A stretch of 64,000 bases of DNA from positions 1,632,001 through 1,696,000 of the forward strand of contig OZ220733.1 in assembly GCA_965116875.1 (NCBI GenBank), in the 5' to 3' direction. How positions within the stretch are numbered: the first letter of the stretch is position 1; each line of letters begins with the position of its first letter. A model generated the notes under the pieces. That model had not been told where the DNA came from. It ran no database searches and saw only the letters and a list, made by a program, of their open reading frames with translations. This document shows positions 57,713 through 64,000 of this stretch, piece after piece. The position numbers were made by a program, and so were the translations under genes. The stretch comes from Candidatus Latescibacterota bacterium. GTDB lineage: Bacteria > Latescibacterota > UBA2968 > GCA-2709665.

Positions 57713-59758
57713 TTACGCATTTCTGGGCGTTGGTTTTTTTCCCGTCACACCTTCCCAAATCTCAGGTGTGGCGCAATAGAATCGCTTGCCATCATGATCG
57801 ACTATGTGAAGATTCCCTTCGCCGAGCAATAAGGTGAGAATTGGACGCTTAAGCTCATTTTCTGTGCGCGAATCTTCAGGTGTTTTGCTTTCCTTGATGA
57901 GGTAGTATAGCTGGCCATCATAGATGCCGACTAACCCTTGCTCATCATTGACTGTGCTAGGTACCGAGTGGAACACGGCTCGATTCCTTATTTGCTCCAG
58001 CAGGCCGTCCTTGATGCGAGCCATTGCTTCCGAAGTTGCCTTTATGACTTCCTTTGCACCCGTGTTCTCGATCGCCTGTTCGTTTTCATCTCTGCAGATG
58101 TATTCTCTATAGATTTCGCCGAAATCGCGAAGGCGAACGGGAAGAACAAAGGGTTGATGTGGTGCGCTCCACATGTAACAGTTTCCGGGAATCGGCTCCG
58201 CAATAAGATGAGCGAGAATATCGGATGAATAATGGGAGTTGTATTTTCCGAGTACACCAGCATCACCTTCGGACAACAGATGAAAACAGAACCAGTTGTC
58301 CGCTTGGCTAAGCAGTTCTGGTGCCATCGCACCAGGTTGTTGTGTGATGAGCATGGCCCCAAGATCGTACTTGCGTCCTTCCTTAACCCATTCGACATAC
58401 GGGCTAGTATCGTCCAAATTGCGACCAAGGACACTCTGCGCCTCTTCTACAATGGCTACGACAGGTATGATTGGTGCACCGCCAGTGAAGTGCTCCTGAT
58501 TGTGGGAGAAGATCCTTCGGAGAATCAAGCCTGCGAGCATATTGCCAGCACCAGAACTCAACAGGCTGATATCGATTACAACGATATTTCCGTTCGCAAG
58601 AGCCTGCAGCGTTCCAGTCAATACTTGGCTGTTCGAATCATGGAGCGTCCGCACTACGCCATACATGTTGCTACGAGCAGCCCCAATTTCAGCCGCGGAT
58701 TGTTGGGTCTGCCCCTTTTCGTAACCAAGGAGTCTACCGACTTCCTCGTCGCTAGCTTGCAATCCCTTTTTGTCAATAAGCTCAACGAGTTCACGCCAGT
58801 TAGAATCGGAAACGCTCTTGAGCTTAAGCACATTCTGTTGTGTTTGGCGTTCGGAAGAAATCGTAATGCTGATCACATCGCGTGGAGAGAGATCCCTAAT
58901 GTCTAGTTTCACCTCGCCAGCCTTCCAACTGCCATAGTACGCGCTTGGGGCCGGTCTGTTGGTAAACGCAAGTAGCCGTTCCTTTAGATGTGGCACATCG
59001 CATAGTCCCGGACGATCAGCAACACGATCCGGCCAAAAATACTCTCCGTCCGGATCGAAGATCAACGTGCCCACAGGACGGTTGTTTGCAGTCATCGGTT
59101 GTTCTTGATACAATTCTGAAACCAGAAACTTGACAAGATTGGACTTTCCATAACCCGCTCTTGCAAAAACGACCGAACGCCTGGATACGAGCTTCTTAAT
59201 GTCAAATGTTACTTGGAGACAAGGATCAAGAGAAATCAGTTCTGGTTGCGATTGGTTGAATGCAGCACCGCTGTAGACGAATTCGCCCAATACATACATT
59301 CCCAGTTCGGTAGTACCCCGACTTAGATTGCAGAGTTCTTGTAGGACTTGATCGCTAGGTAAGGCTACACGAGCACCGAGATGTGGCAGTCTGCGTTGAG
59401 AAGGTACGTAAATGATCCCGCTATCGACGGTGCGTACAGCTCCAAGCAGTTTTACTTGAACGCGGTATTTTAGACGTTGCTGCTTCAAATCCTCGGGCAC
59501 TTCTTGCTGCCTACGCTGCATTGTGTTTACGTAATCTTCTCCTTCTGGAGTTGCGAGCAATCCAGATGGTACAAAACGGGTAATTCGCCCGAGAGACGCT
59601 TCCTCTTGGGAGCCTAGTTCGACGAGGAGGAATTGTCCGAGTTGGGGGCGGTCAAGCATACTCGCATCGTATGGGGCTACAATCTCGGCTGCGAATTCAA
59701 GACCTCGTTCGTTGAACCCCTTAAACGTCCCCACGATCTGCGAGTCCGCGAACAACAT
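57713..59758 (-). CDS. herA: HerA/FtsK-superfamily ATPase (HAS barrel plus ATPase)
   Basis: N-terminal barrel (LGQFLLVE), Walker A variant FARAGYGKS, IFDPDGEY, Walker B variant IVEEAQ, KEGRKY, ITQQP. Confidence 0.85.
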   Translation of the reverse strand: MLFADSQIVGTFKGFNERGLEFAAEIVAPYDASMLDRPQLGQFLLVELGSQEEASLGRITRFVPSGLLATPEGEDYVNTMQRRQQEVPEDLKQQRLKYRVQVKLLGAVRTVDSGIIYVPSQRRLPHLGARVALPSDQVLQELCNLSRGTTELGMYVLGEFVYSGAAFNQSQPELISLDPCLQVTFDIKKLVSRRSVVFARAGYGKSNLVKFLVSELYQEQPMTANNRPVGTLIFDPDGEYFWPDRVADRPGLCDVPHLKERLLAFTNRPAPSAYYGSWKAGEVKLDIRDLSPRDVISITISSERQTQQNVLKLKSVSDSNWRELVELIDKKGLQASDEEVGRLLGYEKGQTQQSAAEIGAARSNMYGVVRTLHDSNSQVLTGTLQALANGNIVVIDISLLSSGAGNMLAGLILRRIFSHNQEHFTGGAPIIPVVAIVEEAQSVLGRNLDDTSPYVEWVKEGRKYDLGAMLITQQPGAMAPELLSQADNWFCFHLLSEGDAGVLGKYNSHYSSDILAHLIAEPIPGNCYMWSAPHQPFVLPVRLRDFGEIYREYICRDENEQAIENTGAKEVIKATSEAMARIKDGLLEQIRNRAVFHSVPSTVNDEQGLVGIYDGQLYYLIKESKTPEDSRTENELKRPILTLLLGEGNLHIVDHDGKRFYCATPEIWEGVTGKKPTPRNA

Positions 59759-59759
59759 A

Positions 59760-60923
59760 TCAAGCCTCCTTGTATCTAAGGTTCGCCAGCGTCTGCCCTA
59801 GATACTTCATACGAAGCATACGTTCCGACTCATTTTCCGTCAGTCTCTCGCACAATCCGTTAAGTACCATGTCCTGGAGATCCTGTATCTCGAGGCCAGA
59901 TAATTTCGCAAAGTCGTGTGCTCGTTGGATACATATAGGGTAATCGGGAATAGGGAAGCCCTGCTGAGCATCTACTGTGAGTTGCCCGAGGATGCGTTCC
60001 GCCTGGTCGATCTGCCAGACTGCAATATCCACTGGCCAAACCGGGTCCATCGGTCTATCGCCGAACTTGACGAGGTAAAGTTGCCCGAGGGACTGATATA
60101 GCCTTCGACCGACATCGTCTTCTTCGGTAGTTTCATATGTATCTAGCCAAGTACGATCAAAGTTATAACACTCGGCTTCGATATCATTGTCAACCTGAAC
60201 AAAACAGGGATACGATTTGTGAAATGTAGCCTCAAGCTCCAGAGCGACGGCGAGTCGGCCAAGTACTGCGCTTTGCTTGGCAACTCCAACCAACGAAAGC
60301 TGCACATTTCTTGTCGTATGGGCGGCAACACCGGCGCGAATCTTCCGATCGATTAACGGAAAAACCTCTCGTGAAAACGACTTGGTTCGCAGTAGTCCAT
60401 CTCGAACCAGGATCGTATCCCCACCCCATTGAAGATTAGGGTTGGCGACCAAGTCATAAAGAACAGCCCATTCTACGATATCACGGTAACATCGCATTGC
60501 TCCGGTACTCTTGCCGGGCGTCCCAAGTCCTCTGAGAAGGTATGACATTTGTCTAAGCGATTTGCCGATATCTTGTGCTAATCGCTCTAACGGCGAAATA
60601 GTATTCCCCGATCCTTGTTTTGCCCTCGTTTCGAGTTCTTCAATACTAATTGTGCTGGATATCGCGTCGAGCGCGTGTTCATTACCACGTGAATCGACCA
60701 CACGAACAAGCTCGACAATCGCCGGATTGAAGACGAGACGATTGTCTCCTCCATCAGCAGAAACAAAAGAGACGGCATTGACCGAATAGGTTCGAAGTGG
60801 TTTAACGGCACTTCGAAGACGTCGTGCATACTCTCGAAATTTCCGAAGATGTGGTTCGTCAGTGTTGACTGCCTCTGCGACCTTTTTTCGGAGTTCTTCT
60901 CTGTCCAGGTTTGCTAGCGACAT
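59760..60923 (-). CDS. nurA: NurA-like nuclease
   Basis: SADGG, LVRDG, VGVAK, DYP..IQRAH..AK match NurA acidic/His motifs; directly upstream of the HerA gene. Confidence 0.75.
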   Translation of the reverse strand: MSLANLDREELRKKVAEAVNTDEPHLRKFREYARRLRSAVKPLRTYSVNAVSFVSADGGDNRLVFNPAIVELVRVVDSRGNEHALDAISSTISIEELETRAKQGSGNTISPLERLAQDIGKSLRQMSYLLRGLGTPGKSTGAMRCYRDIVEWAVLYDLVANPNLQWGGDTILVRDGLLRTKSFSREVFPLIDRKIRAGVAAHTTRNVQLSLVGVAKQSAVLGRLAVALELEATFHKSYPCFVQVDNDIEAECYNFDRTWLDTYETTEEDDVGRRLYQSLGQLYLVKFGDRPMDPVWPVDIAVWQIDQAERILGQLTVDAQQGFPIPDYPICIQRAHDFAKLSGLEIQDLQDMVLNGLCERLTENESERMLRMKYLGQTLANLRYKEA

Positions 60924-60924
60924 T

Positions 60925-62094
60925 TTATCTGCCCATATCTTTGGCTATAGTATGAAGGCGACGAAGGTCATTAATTGTCTCGTCGAGAGTCCACGTTATC
61001 CAATCGGGAAACCTGTTTGCTCGAGGAATCGCCCACCTTCGAATCCAATAGTCAGTGATCTGGCTTGATTTCATAGTGATGTACTTTGGGCGTTTTGCTC
61101 TGCCCAGAAGGACGTCACGGGCATTGTGTGCGAGAGGAATAACGAAAACCTGCCGGTGTATACCATGTTGAAGCACATCAATCTTAATTCCAAGTTCCGC
61201 AGCAGCCCGCCGGATAACGCGGATGCGCCAGTTCGGACCGTCACCGAAGTTATTCCCCTTAGCATAGGAATGACCCCGACGCTCGAGGAGTCTCTGCAGT
61301 TCTTTAAATGTATGGTTATCAATATGGAAGTGGCCAAATCCCTTGGTATACCATGTTGGAATACGATCGTCATCAACATTTGATAGGAATGCGACACCAC
61401 CAGGAATACGTAGGCGGTTGTAGATAGATGATCGACCAAGAGCAGAAGATGTTGTCAGGAGAACAAGACGGGGATTCTTCCTTTTTTCACTAATAATACC
61501 TTTATAGTTGGAATACTTGACTCGGAAGTGCTTTACAACTTCGCTAGACGTCGCCAATAAAGCCACCAGTTTGCCACCTAGAATCCTGTTGTATGGTGGA
61601 AGAGCTCCAAGCACAAATGCATCCATCGAGTGAACAAGCCGCTCTCGTCGTCCACTGGCGTCCCAACCGACCCAAGCATCTCGTGGAGTAAGGTTAAAGA
61701 CAGGATCCGTTAAGCCGATTATACCGATGAGTTTACCGTTATTCTTGTCCCATACAAGATACCGCATTCGCCTTCCGAAGCCCTTGCTTACCGGCACTGA
61801 CCAAAGAAGCGAGGCTGCGTTGAAGATTTGCGAATCGTCATGTCCCGCAGTGACGATACTAAGGTATGGTTTGATGTTCGAAATCTCGATTTCGTTCGGA
61901 CAGGCGAGATGCTCACGCAATAGATCCATGTGATAGTTAAAAAAACCGTTCATTGACGACATGACTGACAGGCGTCTCTCTGAATGCAAGAAACGGATCT
62001 GTTCTTTACTCAGAGAGTTTGACGAGTTAGGTATTTTTCCTGCTACGCGGAGTAACTGTTCCCGGAGAGAGCATTCTTCTGGCGTTAGTTCCAT
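60925..62094 (-). CDS. druA: DUF4338 / Druantia DruA-like protein
   Basis: WSVPVSKGFGRRMR, GKLIGI..L.DPVFNL..RD.W.GW, MDAFVLGALPPY..LGGKLVA, TSSALGRSSIYNRL, FG.GPNWR.R. Start may extend to 62112. Confidence 0.82.
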   Translation of the reverse strand: MELTPEECSLREQLLRVAGKIPNSSNSLSKEQIRFLHSERRLSVMSSMNGFFNYHMDLLREHLACPNEIEISNIKPYLSIVTAGHDDSQIFNAASLLWSVPVSKGFGRRMRYLVWDKNNGKLIGIIGLTDPVFNLTPRDAWVGWDASGRRERLVHSMDAFVLGALPPYNRILGGKLVALLATSSEVVKHFRVKYSNYKGIISEKRKNPRLVLLTTSSALGRSSIYNRLRIPGGVAFLSNVDDDRIPTWYTKGFGHFHIDNHTFKELQRLLERRGHSYAKGNNFGDGPNWRIRVIRRAAAELGIKIDVLQHGIHRQVFVIPLAHNARDVLLGRAKRPKYITMKSSQITDYWIRRWAIPRANRFPDWITWTLDETINDLRRLHTIAKDMGR

Positions 62095-62130
62095 GACTCT
62101 TCTTCCGACCAAATTCGACTCGTTTCCTGA

Positions 62131-63231
62131 TCAATAGTCCCACGGAATCCGATACGGGTGAGTAAACCCTCCCGGTTCTTGTAGAACGACTTCAAAGGCG
62201 GCGAGGTTCTCCGTCCGCGTCCCAGGATAGGCTCCCCGGTCCGGCGGGCCCACGCCCAATACCAGCGCCTCCGGCATCTCGAAGGCCGACCGGAAACCCA
62301 GCGCCTTCAAGACCTCCGTCTTCATCGTTTCGCCCGGTGTGTCCATCGTGCGCAGACGGCAGAAGCCCATGTCCGCGGCGGATTTCCGGACACCATCGAA
62401 CAACGCGCGGCACCGGTCCAAGCGCCAGGAACCCCGGTGCAGGTACATATCCATCAGACCGATATGGGCCTCGTGCCGGTTGTCCCATTGCGTTGTCCGC
62501 CACGGCGCCAGCGTTGAGAACCCGATCAGCTTCGACCCGGAAAACAACCCGAGCATCCGTACGTGCCGCGCCTCGGAACGCCCCTCCGACAGCTTCGGAA
62601 TCTCCACCAGAATCTGGCCCTCGTGCAGCTGATCGTCGGCGAGCAGCGTCAGCAGATAACTCTTCACCAGAACGTCAGGGTCCACCGCCGAGTTTAACAG
62701 GACCTGAATCTCGTTCAGATGGCTGAAATCGAGGGGCCGCACCTCCAGCGGGTCGCCGTCTCCAATACGGAAATACGCATCCAGGTATTCCTGTATACTC
62801 CCGCCGCCGTAGTCCAAACCCAGCCATTCCGGATGGTCCTGCACCACATCCCGAAACCCGTACTTTTCATATACCCGGTGTGCGATGCTCGGGCCGGTGT
62901 CGATAAACATCGCCTCGGCGCCCGTTTCTCTCACCGCGTCGATGCACAGCTTCAGCAGCCTCCCGCCCAGCCCCTTCCGCTTGTGTTCGTCGGCAAACAT
63001 CCCATAGTGTCCCAGCCGCCCCCAGGGACTGTGCCGGGACGTCAGCGTCCACCCCTCTCCCACGATCTCGCCGTTGAGATCCGCCACAAACCGCCGGATA
63101 TTTTCAAAATACCCGTACGGATTGATCCCGCACAGCGTGAACTGCACCTCGGTATCACTCTGGATTTCTCTGAACCCCTGTTCGCGGATCCCATAGTCAT
63201 CCACCTGTTCGATGATTCCGGGTTCAGACAT
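62131..63231 (-). CDS. GNAT-family acetyltransferase (probably two GNAT domains)
   Basis: HKRKGLGGRLL (motif A) and AHRVYEKYGF; degenerate second domain ending LKALGF. Confidence 0.8.
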   Translation of the reverse strand: MSEPGIIEQVDDYGIREQGFREIQSDTEVQFTLCGINPYGYFENIRRFVADLNGEIVGEGWTLTSRHSPWGRLGHYGMFADEHKRKGLGGRLLKLCIDAVRETGAEAMFIDTGPSIAHRVYEKYGFRDVVQDHPEWLGLDYGGGSIQEYLDAYFRIGDGDPLEVRPLDFSHLNEIQVLLNSAVDPDVLVKSYLLTLLADDQLHEGQILVEIPKLSEGRSEARHVRMLGLFSGSKLIGFSTLAPWRTTQWDNRHEAHIGLMDMYLHRGSWRLDRCRALFDGVRKSAADMGFCRLRTMDTPGETMKTEVLKALGFRSAFEMPEALVLGVGPPDRGAYPGTRTENLAAFEVVLQEPGGFTHPYRIPWDY

Positions 63232-63300
63232 CGGTCCATCCGTCCACGCGAAATCTCCGTTCCTCGACGATCGGGACCGGGAACTGTTATCGTGCGCCGC

Positions 63301-64000
63301 TCATGTTCCTTTGCAATCGTAGAACCACGACAGCGGATAGACACGCAGCACCAGTTCGCCGGGTTTCCTGGCCGTAAGCTTCCGTTCGCCAAGCGTCACG
63401 GCCTGGCCCGTATCCTCATCCGCCTCCACCCAGCTTCGATGATACATCAGCAGGACCCTGTCGCCGTGAAACCATACGTTCGCATAATCGAACGTCGCGA
63501 AGTCCTCCGGAAGGGTCCCGAGTTCCGGAAGCGCAATGACGGGGCTGACCGGATACTGCGGCGAAACCCGGTCCACGTCCTCCATCCCGCCGCTGAGTTC
63601 GATCGTCCGGAAGTGCGACCAGCTGGCGCCGCTATCGCTCGATATGGCCGAGGACAGTCGTCCCCGTCTGTACCCTCTGAGGATCTCCTCCCGGGACGTC
63701 TGATTCCAGACGCACATCAGGTGGCCCGTACCCGGTATCCGCCTGAGCCTGGGCGGCGAATAGGAAGCGGCGAGATCGCTCGGCGTCACGGGCGTCCAGG
63801 TCTCGCCGCCGTCCTCACTGTAACACTGCACCAGCCGCCCAACCGTGGACCTCGCCATCATCATCAGTCGTCCGTCGGGACACACGGCCACGCCCGGCTC
63901 GTCTACCGCTGTGATGCCGCCGCGGCCGTTCGGTATGCCTTCCGCGTCGAACCAGCCCATCAACTGCCCCCGGCACATTTTCCAGGTGCGGCCGTCGTCG
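63301..64000 (-). CDS. BNR/sialidase-family protein (5' truncated by window edge)
   Basis: Asp boxes DDGRTW, SEDGGETW, SSDSGASW; DEP motif. Confidence 0.82.
   Translation of the reverse strand, partial: DDGRTWKMCRGQLMGWFDAEGIPNGRGGITAVDEPGVAVCPDGRLMMMARSTVGRLVQCYSEDGGETWTPVTPSDLAASYSPPRLRRIPGTGHLMCVWNQTSREEILRGYRRGRLSSAISSDSGASWSHFRTIELSGGMEDVDRVSPQYPVSPVIALPELGTLPEDFATFDYANVWFHGDRVLLMYHRSWVEADEDTGQAVTLGERKLTARKPGELVLRVYPLSWFYDCKGT

Noticed and set aside
60925-62094. Calling the locus a canonical Druantia system
   Set aside because: No DruE helicase or DruB/C/D genes are present in the window.
57340-62129. gtttcctg at 57340 and 62122 as a target-site duplication of the low-GC cassette
   Set aside because: Only 8 bp and plausible by chance; it would also place the likely ytxH promoter inside the insert.

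Overview
High-GC (~60-65%) bacterial chromosome segment. The gene content (BNR/sialidase, heparinase II/III, Gfo/Idh/MocA, enolase-superfamily and TPR proteins, expanded binding proteins) suggests a heterotrophic diderm, but taxonomy cannot be fixed from this window. In order it holds: the 3' part of an AddA/UvrD-type helicase-nuclease; a glycosylation cluster (GT4, methyltransferase, GT2, two GT-C-like membrane proteins); a sigma54-driven hsp20; a catabolic region (13-28 kb) whose intergenic spaces are filled with modular mosaic REP-like repeats and a ~165-bp MITE; three type II TA pairs (MazF-type, Phd-VapC, HicAB); a PLP decarboxylase; six tandem lipoprotein binding proteins with an extra N-terminal beta domain; and a transport block (SulP, NCS2 fused to a HATPase-like domain, Tsx-like porin, alpha carbonic anhydrase, SBP-HAMP-MFS operon, DcaP-like porin). 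The best candidate for an undescribed system is a lower-GC, tightly coupled three-gene cassette at 57.7-62.1 kb encoding a DruA/DUF4338-like protein, a NurA-like nuclease and a HerA-like ATPase with non-canonical Walker motifs, a probable anti-phage module. No rRNA, tRNA or CRISPR array was seen. All family calls come from motif recognition by eye, not database searches.
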